Origin: Paraphysomonas bandaiensis
Lineage: Eukaryota > Protista > Chrysophyceae
Length of the DNA: 64,000 nucleotides
NCBI GenBank assembly: GCA_965644295.1
Contig: CBFFRP010000394.1
Location: 162,182 to 226,181, forward strand
Direction: 5' to 3'
Shown: positions 31,869 through 47,373 of the stretch, piece by piece
Numbering within the stretch: position 1 is the first letter of the stretch
Layout: each line of letters starts with the position of its first letter
The notes under the pieces: model-generated
The model's input: only the letters and a program-made list of their open reading frames with translations
Told to the model about the DNA's origin: nothing
Databases searched by the model: none
Program-made: the position numbers and the translations under genes

Positions 31869-34800
31869 CTAACCACTACCACCGCGCTTCTTCGTAGGAG
31901 ACTGCACTAACAATTTCCGACTAGAACGAAGCTCAGGAGGAGACCCACCTACACGTCTTGGTGGTGCAGTGGCAGATAAGCCAGACGATGTGTTACCAAC
32001 TGACCTAAAGTTACCACTACCTCCACCTCCTAAGGCCTCTATCAAATCCTCTCGTACATGAGTCTCATGCTCACCATCATCATAATCAATGTCGTAACTA
32101 CCATCACCACGATCTCGGGATATAACACCAGGATAGAACTTACTCTTCCCACGATATCTCGCCTTCACCTTACTACCAACGCGCAAACGACCTTTACGAC
32201 CCATACCATCATCACTGTCGTAACCAATGCCACCACCACCTCCCAAGGCCTCTATCAAATCCTCTCGCACACGAGTCTCATGCTCACCATCATCATAATC
32301 GATGTCGTAACTACCATCACCGCGATCTCGGGATATAACACCAGGATAGAACTTACTCTTCCCACGATATCTTGCCTTCACCCTAGTGCCAACGCGAAGC
32401 AGATCAGATTTAAAAGATACCGTCCCACCGCGCGGAGACTGTGATCGACGAATGCTACTGCCAGCATCATTATCAACAACAATTAGTTCCTCAAATACTC
32501 GAGACTCATGCTCACCATCATCATAATCAATGTCAAACGTACCATCACCACGTTCTCGGGATATAACACCAGGATAGAACTTACTCTTCCCACGATATCT
32601 CGCCTTCACCTTACTACCAACGCGCAAACGACCTTTACGACCCATACCATCATCACTGTCGTAACCAATGCCACCACCACCCAAGGCCTCTATCAAATCC
32701 TCTCGTACACGAGTCTCATGCTCACCATCATCATAATCAATGTCAAACGTACCATCACCACGATCTCGGGATATAACACCAGGATAGAACTTACTCTTCC
32801 CACGATATCTTGCTTTCACCTTACTACCAACGCGCAAACGACCTTTACGACCCATACCATCATCACTGTCGTAACCAATGCCACCACCACCTCCCAAAGC
32901 CTCTATCAAATCCTCTCGTACACGAGTCTCATGCTCACCATCATCATAATCGATGTCAAACGTACCATCACCACGATCTCGGGATATAACACCAGGATAG
33001 AACTTACTCTTCCCACGATATCTTGCTTTCACCTTACTACCAACGCGCAAACGACCTTTACGACCCATACCATCATCACTGTCGTAACCAATGCCACCAC
33101 CACCTCCCAAGGCCTCTATCAAATCCTCTCGTACACGAGTCTCATGCTCACCATCATCATAATCAATGTCAAACGTACCATCACCACGATCTCGGGATAT
33201 AACACCAGGATAGAACTTACTCTTCCCACGATATCTTGCTTTCACCTTACTACCAACGCGCAAACGACCTTTACGACCCATACCATCATCACTGTCGTAA
33301 CCAATGCCACCACCTCCACCTCCTAAGGCCTCTATCAAATCCTCTCGCACACGAGTCTCATGCTCACCATCATCATAATCGATATCAAACGTACCATCAC
33401 CACGATCTCGGGATATAACACCAGGATAGAACTTACTCTTCCCACGATATCTCGCCTTCACCTTACTACCAACGCGCAAACGACCTTTACGACCCATACC
33501 ATCATCACTGTCGTAACCAATGCCACCACCACCTCCCACAGCCTCTATCAAATCCTCTCGTACACGAGTCTCATGCTCACCATCATCATAATCGATGTCA
33601 AACGTACCATCACCACGATCTCGGGATATAACACCAGGATAGAACTTACTCTTCCCACGATATCTCGCCTTCACCTTACTACCAACGCGCAAACGACCTT
33701 TACGACCCATACCATCATCACTGTCGTAACCAATGCCACCACCACCACCCAAGGCCTCTATCAAATCCTCTCGTACACGAGTCTCATGCTCACCATCATC
33801 ATAATCAATGTCAAACGTACCATCACCACGATCTCGGGATATAACACCAGGATAGAACTTACTCTTCCCACGATATCTTGCTTTCACCTTACTACCAACG
33901 CGCAAACGACCTTTACGACCCATACCATCATCACTGTCATATGCACCACCACCACCCAAGGCCTCTATCAAATCCTCTCGCACACGAGTCTCATGCTCAC
34001 CATCATCATAATCAATGTCAAACGTACCATCACCACGATCTCGGGATATAACACCAGGATAGAACTTACTCTTCCCACGATATCTTGCTTTCACCTTACT
34101 ACCAACGCGCAAACGACCTTTACGACCCATACCATCATCACTGTCGTAACCAATGCCACCACCACCTCCCAAAGCCTCTATCAAATCCTCTCGTACACGA
34201 GTCTCATGCTCACCATCATCATAATCGATATCAAACGTACCATCACCACGATCTCGGGATATAACACCAGGATAGAACTTACTCTTCCCACGATATCTCG
34301 CCTTCACCTTACTACCAACGCGCAAACGACCTTTACGACCCATACCATCATCACTGTCGTAACCAATGCCACCACCACCTCCCACAGCCTCTATCAAATC
34401 CTCTCGCACACGAGTCTCATGCTCACCATCATCATAATCAATGTCAAACGTACCATCACCACGATCTCGGGATATAACACCAGGATAGAACTTACTCTTC
34501 CCACGATATCTCGCCTTCACCTTACTACCAACGCGCAAACGACCTTTACGACCCATACCATCATCACTGTCGTAACCAATGCCACCACCACCACCCAAGG
34601 CCTCTATCAAATCCTCTCGTACACGAGTCTCATGCTCACCATCATCATAATCGATATCAAACGTACCATCACCACGATCTCGGGATATAACACCAGGATA
34701 GAACTTACTCTTCCCACGATATCTCGCCTTCACCTTACTACCAACGCGCAAACGACCTTTACGACCCATACCATCATCACTGTCGTAACCAATGCCACCA

Positions 34801-37800
34801 CCACCTCCCACAGCCTCTATCAAATCCTCTCGCACACGAGTCTCATGCTCACCATCATCATAATCGATGTCAAACGTACCATCACCACGATCTCGGGATA
34901 TAACACCAGGATAGAACTTACTCTTCCCACGATATCTTGCCTTCACCTTACTACCAACGCGCAAACGACCTTTACGACCCATACCATCATCACTGTCATA
35001 TGCACCACCACCTCCCAAGGCCTCTATCAAATCCTCTCGTACACGAGTCTCATGCTCACCATCATCATAATCAATGTCAAACGTACCATCACCACGATCT
35101 CGGGATATAACACCAGGATAGAACTTACTCTTCCCACGATATCTCGCCTTCACCTTACTACCAACGCGCAAACGACCTTTACGACCCATACCATCATCAC
35201 TGTCGTAACCAATGCCACCACCACCCAAAGCCTCTATCAAATCCTCTCGTACACGAGTCTCATGCTCACCATCATCATAATCGATGTCAAACGTACCATC
35301 ACCACGATCTCGGGATATAACACCAGGATAGAACTTACTCTTCCCACGATATCTCGCCTTCACCTTACTACCAACGCGCAAACGACCTTTACGACCCATA
35401 CCATCATCACTGTCGTAACCAATGCCACCACCACCTCCCACAGCCTCTATCAAATCCTCTCGCACACGAGTCTCATGCTCACCATCATCATAATCAATGT
35501 CAAACGTACCATCACCACGATCTCGGGATATAACACCAGGATAGAACTTACTCTTCCCACGATATCTCGCCTTCACCTTACTACCAACGCGCAAACGACC
35601 TTTACGACCCATACCATCATCACTGTCATATGCACCACCACCTCCTAAGGCCTCTATCAAATCCTCTCGTACACGAGTCTCATGCTCACCATCATCATAA
35701 TCAATGTCAAACGTACCATCACCACGATCTCGGGATATAACACCAGGATAGAACTTACTCTTCCCACGATATCTCGCCTTCACCTTACTACCAACGCGCA
35801 AACGACCTTTACGACCCATACCATCATCACTGTCATATGCACCACCACCTCCTAAGGCCTCTATCAAATCCTCTCGTACACGAGTCTCATGCTCACCATC
35901 ATCATAATCAATGTCAAACGTACCATCACCACGATCTCGGGATATAACACCAGGATAGAACTTACTCTTCCCACGATATCTCGCCTTCACCTTACTACCA
36001 ACGCGCAAACGACCTTTACGACCCATACCATCATCACTGTCGTAACCAATGCCTCCACCACCCAAGGCCTCTATCAAATCCTCTCGTACACGAGTCTCAT
36101 GCTCACCATCATCATAATCAATGTCAAACGTACCATCACCACGATCTCGGGATATAACACCAGGATAGAACTTACTCTTCCCACGATATCTCGCCTTCAC
36201 CTTACTACCAACGCGCAAACGACCTTTACGACCCATACCATCATCACTGTCATATGCACCACCACCACCCAAGGCCTCTATCAAATCCTCTCGTACACGA
36301 GTCTCATGCTCACCATCATCATAATCAATGTCAAACGTACCATCACCACGATCTCGGGATATAACACCAGGATAGAACTTACTCTTCCCACGATATCTCG
36401 CCTTCACCTTACTACCAACGCGCAGACGACCTTTACGACCCATACCATCATCACTGTCGTAACCAATGCCACCACCACCCAAGGCCTCTATCAAATCCTC
36501 TCGCACACGAGTCTCATGCTCACCATCATCATAATCAATGTCAAACGTACCATCACCACGATCTCGGGATATAACACCAGGATAGAACTTACTCTTCCCA
36601 CGATATCTCGCCTTCACCTTACTACCAACGCGCAAACGACCTTTTCGACCCATACCATCATCACTGTCATATGCACCACCACCACCCAAGGCCTCTATCA
36701 AATCCTCTCGCACACGAGTCTCATGCTCACCATCATCATAATCAATGTCAAACGTACCATCACCACGATCTCGGGATATAACACCAGGATAGAACTTACT
36801 CTTCCCACGATATCTTGCTTTCACCTTACTACCAACGCGCAAACGACCTTTACGACCCATACCATCATCACTGTCGTAACCAATGCCACCACCACCCAAA
36901 GCCTCTATCAAATCCTCTCGTACACGAGTCTCATGCTCACCATCATCATAATCAATGTCAAACGTACCATCACCACGATCTCGGGATATAACACCAGGAT
37001 AGAACTTACTCTTCCCACGATATCTCGCCTTCACCTTACTACCAACGCGCAAACGACCTTTACGACCCATACCATCATCACTGTCATATGCACCACCACC
37101 TCCCAAGGCCTCTATCAAATCCTCTCGTACACGAGTCTCATGCTCACCATCATCATAATCAATGTCAAACGTACCATCACCACGATCTCGGGATATAACA
37201 CCAGGATAGAACTTACTCTTCCCACGATATCTCGCCTTCACCTTACTACCAACGCGCAAACGACCTTTACGACCCATACCATCATCACTGTCATATGCAC
37301 CACCACCTCCCAAGGCCTCTATCAAATCCTCTCGTACACGAGTCTCATGCTCACCATCATCATAATCAATGTCAAACGTACCATCACCACGATCTCGGGA
37401 TATAACACCAGGATAGAACTTACTCTTCCCACGATATCTCGCCTTCACCTTACTACCAACGCGCAAACGACCTTTACGACCCATACCATCATCACTGTCA
37501 TATGCACCACCACCACCCAAGGCCTCTATCAAATCCTCTCGTACACGAGTCTCATGCTCACCATCATCATAATCAATGTCAAACGTACCATCACCACGAT
37601 CTCGGGATATAACACCAGGATAGAACTTACTCTTCCCACGATATCTCGCCTTCACCTTACTACCAACGCGCAAACGACCTTTACGACCCATACCATCATC
37701 ACTGTCATATGCACCACCACCACCTCCCACAGCCTCTATCAAATCCTCTCGCACACGAGTCTCATGCTCACCATCATCATAATCAATGTCAAACGTACCA

Positions 37801-40800
37801 TCACCACGATCTCGGGATATAACACCAGGATAGAACTTACTCTTCCCACGATATCTCGCCTTCACCTTACTACCAACGCGCAAACGACCTTTACGACCCA
37901 TACCATCATCACTGTCATATGCACCACCACCTCCCAAGGCCTCTATCAAATCCTCTCGTACACGAGTCTCATGCTCACCATCATCATAATCAATGTCAAA
38001 CGTACCATCACCACGATCTCGGGATATAACACCAGGATAGAACTTACTCTTCCCACGATATCTCGCCTTCACCTTACTACCAACGCGCAAACGACCTTTA
38101 CGACCCATACCATCATCACTGTCATATGCACCACCACCTCCCAAGGCCTCTATCAAATCCTCTCGTACACGAGTCTCATGCTCACCATCATCATAATCAA
38201 TGTCAAACGTACCATCACCACGATCTCGGGATATAACACCAGGATAGAACTTACTCTTCCCACGATATCTCGCCTTCACCTTACTACCAACGCGCAAACG
38301 ACCTTTACGACCCATACCATCATCACTGTCATATGCACCACCACCTCCCAAGGCCTCTATCAAATCCTCTCGTACACGAGTCTCATGCTCACCATCATCA
38401 TAATCAATGTCAAACGTACCATCACCACGATCTCGGGATATAACACCAGGATAGAACTTACTCTTCCCACGATATCTCGCCTTCACCTTACTACCAACGC
38501 GCAAACGACCTTTACGACCCATACCATCATCACTGTCATATGCACCACCACCACCCAAAGCCTCTATCAAATCCTCTCGTACACGAGTCTCATGCTCACC
38601 ATCATCATAATCAATGTCAAACGTACCATCACCACGATCTCGGGATATAACACCAGGATAGAACTTACTCTTCCCACGATATCTCGCCTTCACCTTACTA
38701 CCAACGCGCAAACGACCTTTACGACCCATACCATCATCACTGTCATATGCACCACCACCACCCAAGGCCTCTATCAAATCCTCTCGTACACGAGTCTCAT
38801 GCTCACCATCATCATAATCAATGTCAAACGTACCATCACCACGATCTCGGGATATAACACCAGGATAGAACTTACTCTTCCCACGATATCTCGCCTTCAC
38901 CTTACTACCAACGCGCAAACGACCTTTACGACCCATACCATCATCACTGTCATATGCACCACCACCTCCCAAGGCCTCTATCAAATCCTCTCGTACACGA
39001 GTCTCATGCTCACCATCATCATAATCAATGTCAAACGTACCATCACCACGATCTCGGGATATAACACCAGGATAGAACTTACTCTTCCCACGATATCTCG
39101 CCTTCACCTTACTACCAACGCGCAAACGACCTTTACGACCCATACCATCATCACTGTCATATGCACCACCACCTCCCAAGGCCTCTATCAAATCCTCTCG
39201 TACACGAGTCTCATGCTCACCATCATCATAATCAATGTCAAACGTACCATCACCACGATCTCGGGATATAACACCAGGATAGAACTTACTCTTCCCACGA
39301 TATCTCGCCTTCACCTTACTACCAACGCGCAAACGACCTTTACGACCCATACCATCATCACTGTCATATGCACCACCACCCAAAGCCTCTATCAAATCCT
39401 CTCGTACACGAGTCTCATGCTCACCATCATCATAATCAATGTCAAACGTACCATCACCACGATCTCGGGATATAACACCAGGATAGAACTTACTCTTCCC
39501 ACGATATCTCGCCTTCACCTTACTACCAACGCGCAAACGACCTTTACGACCCATACCATCATCACTGTCATATGCACCACCACCACCCAAAGCCTCTATC
39601 AAATCCTCTCGCACACGAGTCTCATGCTCACCATCATCATAATCAATGTCAAACGTACCATCACCACGATCTCGGGATATAACACCAGGATAGAACTTAC
39701 TCTTCCCACGATATCTCGCCTTCACCTTACTACCAACGCGCAAACGACCTTTACGACCCATACCATCATCACTGTCATATGCACCACCACCACCCACAGC
39801 CTCTATCAAATCCTCTCGTACACGAGTCTCATGCTCACCATCATCATAATCAATGTCAAACGTACCATCACCACGATCTCGGGATATAACACCAGGATAG
39901 AACTTACTCTTCCCACGATATCTCGCCTTCACCTTACTACCAACGCGCAAACGACCTTTACGACCCATACCATCATCACTGTCATATGCACCACCACCAC
40001 CCAAAGCCTCTATCAAATCCTCTCGCACACGAGTCTCATGCTCACCATCATCATAATCAATGTCAAACGTACCATCACCACGATCTCGGGATATAACACC
40101 AGGATAGAACTTACTCTTCCCACGATATCTCGCCTTCACCTTACTACCAACGCGCAAACGACCTTTACGACCCATACCATCATCACTGTCGTAACCAATG
40201 CCACCACCACCCAAGGCCTCTATCAAATCCTCTCGCACACGAGTCTCATGCTCACCATCATCATAATCAATGTCAAACGTACCATCACCACGATCTCGGG
40301 ATATAACACCAGGATAGAACTTACTCTTCCCACGATATCTCGCCTTCACCTTGGTGCCAACGCGCAAACGACCTTTACGACCCATACCATCATCACTGTC
40401 ATATGCACCACCACCTCCCAAGGCCTCTATCAAATCCTCTCGTACACGAGTCTCATGCTCACCATCATCATAATCAATGTCAAACGTACCATCACCACGA
40501 TCTCGGGATATAACACCAGGATAGAACTTACTCTTCCCACGATATCTCGCCTTCACCTTACTACCAACGCGCAGACGACCTTTACGACCCATACCATCAT
40601 CACTGTCATATGCACCACCACCTCCCACAGCCTCTATCAAATCCTCTCGTACACGAGTCTCATGCTCACCATCATCATAATCAATGTCAAACGTACCATC
40701 ACCACGATCTCGGGATATAACACCAGGATAGAACTTACTCTTCCCACGATATCTCGCCTTCACCTTACTACCAACGCGCAAACGACCTTTACGACCCATA

Positions 40801-43800
40801 CCATCATCACTGTCATATGCACCACCACCTCCTAAGGCCTCTATCAAATCCTCTCGTACACGAGTCTCATGCTCACCATCATCATAATCAATGTCAAACG
40901 TACCATCACCACGATCTCGGGATATAACACCAGGATAGAACTTACTCTTCCCACGATATCTCGCCTTCACCTTACTACCAACGCGCAAACGACCTTTACG
41001 ACCCATACCATCATCACTGTCATATGCACCACCACCTCCTAAGGCCTCTATCAAATCCTCTCGTACACGAGTCTCATGCTCACCATCATCATAATCAATG
41101 TCAAACGTACCATCACCACGATCTCGGGATATAACACCAGGATAGAACTTACTCTTCCCACGATATCTCGCCTTCACCTTACTACCAACGCGCAAACGAC
41201 CTTTACGACCCATACCATCATCACTGTCATATGCACCACCACCTCCCAAGGCCTCTATCAAATCCTCTCGTACACGAGTCTCATGCTCACCATCATCATA
41301 ATCAATGTCAAACGTACCATCACCACGATCTCGGGATATAACACCAGGATAGAACTTACTCTTCCCACGATATCTCGCCTTCACCTTACTACCAACGCGC
41401 AAACGACCTTTACGACCCATACCATCATCACTGTCATATGCACCACCACCTCCTAAGGCCTCTATCAAATCCTCTCGTACACGAGTCTCATGCTCACCAT
41501 CATCATAATCAATGTCAAACGTACCATCACCACGATCTCGGGATATAACACCAGGATAGAACTTACTCTTCCCACGATATCTCGCCTTCACCTTACTACC
41601 AACGCGCAAACGACCTTTACGACCCATACCATCATCACTGTCGTAACCAATGCCACCACCACCCAAAGCCTCTATCAAATCCTCTCGTACACGAGTCTCA
41701 TGCTCACCATCATCATAATCAATGTCAAACGTACCATCACCACGATCTCGGGATATAACACCAGGATAGAACTTACTCTTCCCACGATATCTCGCCTTCA
41801 CCTTACTACCAACGCGCAGACGACCTTTACGACCCATACCATCATCACTGTCATATGCACCACCACCCAAAGCCTCTATCAAATCCTCTCGCACACGAGT
41901 CTCATGCTCACCATCATCATAATCAATGTCAAACGTACCATCACCACGATCTCGGGATATAACACCAGGATAGAACTTACTCTTCCCACGATATCTCGCC
42001 TTCACCTTACTACCAACGCGCAGACGACCTTTACGACCCATACCATCATCACTGTCATATGCACCACCACCACCCAAGGCCTCTATCAAATCCTCTCGTA
42101 CACGAGTCTCATGCTCACCATCATCATAATCAATGTCAAACGTACCATCACCACGATCTCGGGATATAACACCAGGATAGAACTTACTCTTCCCACGATA
42201 TCTCGCCTTCACCTTACTACCAACGCGCAGACGACCTTTACGACCCATACCATCATCACTGTCATATTCACCACCACCACCCAAAGCCTCTATCAAATCC
42301 TCTCGCACACGAGTCTCATGCTCACCATCATCATAATCAATGTCAAACGTACCATCACCACGATCTCGGGATATAACACCAGGATAGAACTTACTCTTCC
42401 CACGATATCTCGCCTTCACCTTACTACCAACGCGCAAACGACCTTTACGACCCATACCATCATCACTGTCATATGCACCACCACCTCCCAAGGCCTCTAT
42501 CAAATCCTCTCGTACACGAGTCTCATGCTCACCATCATCATAATCAATGTCAAACGTACCATCACCACGATCTCGGGATATAACACCAGGATAGAACTTA
42601 CTCTTCCCACGATATCTCGCCTTCACCTTACTACCAACGCGCAAACGACCTTTACGACCCATACCATCATCACTGTCATATGCACCACCACCTCCTAAGG
42701 CCTCTATCAAATCCTCTCGTACACGAGTCTCATGCTCACCATCATCATAATCAATGTCAAACGTACCATCACCACGATCTCGGGATATAACACCAGGATA
42801 GAACTTACTCTTCCCACGATATCTCGCCTTCACCTTACTACCAACGCGCAAACGACCTTTACGACCCATACCATCATCACTGTCGTAACCAATGCCACCA
42901 CCACCCAAAGCCTCTATCAAATCCTCTCGTACACGAGTCTCATGCTCACCATCATCATAATCAATGTCAAACGTACCATCACCACGATCTCGGGATATAA
43001 CACCAGGATAGAACTTACTCTTCCCACGATATCTCGCCTTCACCTTACTACCAACGCGCAGACGACCTTTACGACCCATACCATCATCACTGTCATATGC
43101 ACCACCACCACCCAAGGCCTCTATCAAATCCTCTCGTACACGAGTCTCATGCTCACCATCATCATAATCAATGTCAAACGTACCATCACCACGATCTCGG
43201 GATATAACACCAGGATAGAACTTACTCTTCCCACGATATCTCGCCTTCACCTTACTACCAACGCGCAGACGACCTTTACGACCCATACCATCATCACTGT
43301 CATATTCACCACCACCACCCAAAGCCTCTATCAAATCCTCTCGCACACGAGTCTCATGCTCACCATCATCATAATCAATGTCAAACGTACCATCACCACG
43401 ATCTCGGGATATAACACCAGGATAGAACTTACTCTTCCCACGATATCTCGCCTTCACCTTACTACCAACGCGCAGACGACCTTTACGACCCATACCATCA
43501 TCACTGTCATATGCACCACCACCACCCAAAGCCTCTATCAAATCCTCTCGCACACGAGTCTCATGCTCACCATCATCATAATCAATGTCAAACGTACCAT
43601 CACCACGATCTCGGGATATAACACCAGGATAGAACTTACTCTTCCCACGATATCTCGCCTTCACCTTACTACCAACGCGCAGACGACCTTTACGACCCAT
43701 ACCATCATCACTGTCATATGCACCACCACCACCCAAGGCCTCTATCAAATCCTCTCGTACACGAGTCTCATGCTCACCATCATCATAATCAATGTCAAAC

Positions 43801-46800
43801 GTACCATCACCACGATCTCGGGATATAACACCAGGATAGAACTTACTCTTCCCACGATATCTCGCCTTCACCTTACTACCAACGCGCAAACGACCTTTAC
43901 GACCCATACCATCATCACTGTCATATGCACCACCACCACCCACAGCCTCTATCAAATCCTCTCGTACACGAGTCTCATGCTCACCATCATCATAATCAAT
44001 GTCAAACGTACCATCACCACGATCTCGGGATATAACACCAGGATAGAACTTACTCTTCCCACGATATCGCGCTCGTATTCTGGCTCCTTTGCGTATTTTT
44101 TTCTGTACATTATCGGTGTCGCTATCGTAATGATTTTCTGGCTGTATATAACAGGCATCGACGTTGAATTCTTTATCACCAGTGTCATACTCTACGTCAT
44201 AGCAGTCACGATCTCGAACTCTTGATATACGTCCTGGTTTCGGTATCCCACGGCCTTGAAATTTCGCGCGTACACGTTGATCTGTTTTGAACACTCGAAC
44301 TTTATTAACAGATATTACTCTTACGTTTCGAGGGTGTAGCCACTCGTCTACTTCGCCGTCATCGTATAGTATATCAACTAAACCATCCTGATGGACTTTG
44401 TGAATCATACCGCCACACCATCTTCCCTTCCCTCTGTATCTAGCCTCAACAACATCGCCCTTTCTAATCTCCCTTCTTTCATAAGGACTACCACTGCGTG
44501 ATCGTGATCTTCGACGCGAGGACGAAAAGGATCGGCGAGTTCTAACACCTTCGCCTGAACTGTCACTTTCATAATCAGATTTGCGAATATCGCGCCTCGA
44601 ACTCCGAAGGGGTCTATAATCGTCAGATTTTCTCCGCTTAGATGGACGAGAAGATATGGTAATTTCCCTTATATTTGAACAATTTAATGAGGACTGCACA
44701 GTAGCAATACAACAGACATACCGCATTGCCGCGAATGCTCTTAAAAATTCATAAAAACTAACTGTTCGACGAGTTCCTATATGCTTGCGTTGTCTTAAGT
44801 ACTGTGCAATATCCCTGCCCAAAATATCATTTCATTGTAGTAATGATACGAATTTAGCACCTTCGTGGAACAACAATGCCGGCTTCACATAGGGCCTAAT
44901 CGTAAGTTCCAATAGCATTGAATAAAGCAAACAAAAGAGAGAGCAATATTTCCTTACTTGGCAAGTTTCTGGGGCTGTGATACTGCCGTCCACACTGAAA
45001 CGATCAAAAATTCCTTTCATTTCGGCAAGCTGTACACACTGGTAAAACCGAAAGCAGATATCATTGAATAGGTCAACTACCATTTTAATATCTATAATTT
45101 CTTCTTCAGGAAGACCTATACGGAGTAATTCAATTTTAACAATGCCTTGATACAATAAGGAATAAACCTTGTCGACGCAATCGGTCCGTGGCATTGAAGT
45201 ATTCCTCGTCGCTTTCATCATCAGCTCTTTCTCTCCACTTTTCGTTTTCTAATTTCCGGTCTCCCTCTTTATGAGTGGCAACTGATGACGAACCTTCTCC
45301 AACTGGGACGTCTGTCATGACTACGTTAACACAAACCACAGCAATTTTTCGAGAACATACCTGGGTCTGTACCCGCAAAAAACGACGAGTATTGTCCCAC
45401 AAACTCAGGGAAGCTCACACACGCGTTATTATCTTTGAGTCGCAGTAACCAAGCATTAACCTAATAATATCAAACAATATTGTTACAAATCGCAGGAGCG
45501 GTAATGAAAACTGGGAATACATCAGCAGAATCAACTGGACGGCCCATATATACCAGCGCCTGCTCTACTTGGGCTCCTGATAGCTGCCCAGATTCCGACG
45601 TATCAAACCGATCAAATACTGCTTTGAGCTTGGCCACCAACTACATATATATTCAGAAAATCTTGACGTGTATGGTGTAAATGCACCTTAATTCGGTGTG
45701 TATCAAGCATCATCACATATTCATCTAGCTCATCCAAAGTGTGCTCCTGCAGAAATATTATAGGTGTATAATACCACACAAGTAACGCTGTACTTGGGCT
45801 TGAAGTTTCTGTTTCTCGATTAAGGTTTCCACACAACGCATCAGCTTTCTCTCCAGTACAGAATTGGAAATCAATAAAACATTTCTAAGAATGTGTCAAA
45901 TAATAGAGAGCAAGTTATATTAATAACCGTATAAAGTCATGATCGATCCTCAAGAGTAGTGGCCCATCCACGTTATGCTCTTTGAATAAGTCTAAGAACA
46001 TATTCAACTGCACTTCAGCAGAATCTACATTGTCGATACCTGATATAACTGAAAACCCGTTCTCATGCAGCCAAGAAACCACACGATTGCAGTCCCATTT
46101 CATTACGTCAATATCGACGTTATACCTCTCCCTCATGATCGCATCCCGTACGTTTTCGCTCGGCTCACCGCCCCCTGTAGAATCCCTACTGCCACGCATA
46201 TCTCGAATTCCAATGTTGGTAGAGTTCGAGTTTATACTTTTATGGCCTGTAGGAAAGAGCTCTTCTGTAGACGTATGCCTGATAATATTTTAAGTCGGAC
46301 CTCATTTCAATAAGAACGTGTGCATTTTTACCTATACTCTATATTACAGTTAACTAACACCACTCCAAATGTCCCAAACGATCGCAGAAACTCTCTTGTA
46401 TTACCGTCAGGGACAGGAAATTCCGGTGAAGTATCTGTCGCCACAACGAGGTGCTATACGAACACAGAGTGGTCATAGTGCATATGGAAGGATATAATGG
46501 TGTTTACCTCAAAATCTTTTGCTCCATCTGATACTGCAGCTAAAACAGCAGCCTTCTCAGCGCTAACATCAGGCAGAAGTGTAACGTCCGGGTGCTGCGC
46601 TCTCTCGTGATTTCCTGTGGAGGACTTCACAGCATACACGTCACAGCCGGAATAAACCTGCAACAGCATCATACAATCGCAGCACCCATAGCATACATCA
46701 AATACCTTTCCGCTCCCTGTCAGCAAAGCACATCCGCGGGAGTGATGAAACTTTTGCCCTGAAACTCGGCTCTTCTCACAAGCTCGGAGAGCAATATCTA

Positions 46801-47373
46801 TGAGTTCTTCCAAAATTGTCATCCCAGTCGCTCCAAATGCCTGTACGAGATTAAAATATGAATAATGACAGCAATAAAGGTATTTACTTCCAAGCCACTA
46901 AAATGAGATCTGTACACGTTCCCGTAGTCGGACTTCATAGATGACATTAAATTAGGCTCTACGGAGTGAACAGCCGGTCCGGATTCCCGAAGAGGAGATG
47001 CCGGTACTAGAATATCTCTGTCTTTCGACTCTGCAGCATCAGATGAAAATCTGATGACGTCTGTTTGGGTACCACTGAGTATAGTTTTCATTGCCACTGA
47101 GCTGAATAAGTTACGCATATATCAATAACATTTACAGAATGGAGGCAAGTAGAACCTGTACAAGTTCGGATGCAAACGAGAGGGCATCACAGGTTCAGCT
47201 GATTTCTTTGGACTCAATGTCGGCTGGAGGGATGTAGTCAATTCTGGACTCGCGGTTCGCTTTTTTAATCGTTTCTGTTCAGTTTTTCCCAATAGACGTC
47301 GACTCATCCCAAGTACTCTGTCCATTGTCGCGTCGCTGCGCTTCATACGTTCTTTTGACTTCCGAATATCCAT
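31869..47373 (-). CDS. Giant multidomain protein, ~17 exons, ~4,900 aa: pseudo-cytidine deaminase + SAM + 2 EF-hand pairs + RS region + ~60 Tudor/Agenet domains
   Basis: Manual splicing through ~45-60-nt GT-AG introns keeps one frame from ATG 47373 into the 4317-aa ORF. Motifs seen: GCALLTGSGKVYSGCDV..SAEKAAVLAAVSDG..PDGNTREFL..STEELFP; WDCNRVVSWL..FKEHNVDGPLLL; KAVFDRFDTSESGQLS; VSFPEFV; VSFYEFL; ARYRGKSKFYPGVI...FDIDYDDGEHE. Confidence 0.8.
32040..44090 (-). repeat. Coding tandem array of about 58 near-identical 204-216-bp Tudor units
   Basis: Unit RLRVGSKVKARYRGKSKFYPGVISRDRGDGTFDIDYDDGEHETRVREDLIEALGGGG(A/IG/E)YDSDDGMGRKG; count estimated from array length. Confidence 0.97.

Noticed and set aside
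32058-44225. Very long plus-strand Thr/Ile-rich ORFs (up to 1648 aa) over the Tudor array
   Set aside because: Antisense shadow of the repeat, broken by stops wherever a silent Leu codon variant occurs; no independent coding signal.
44700-44822. ORF-track start of the 4317-aa protein at 44822
   Set aside because: The start is a TTG inside a predicted intron; upstream exons splice in frame.
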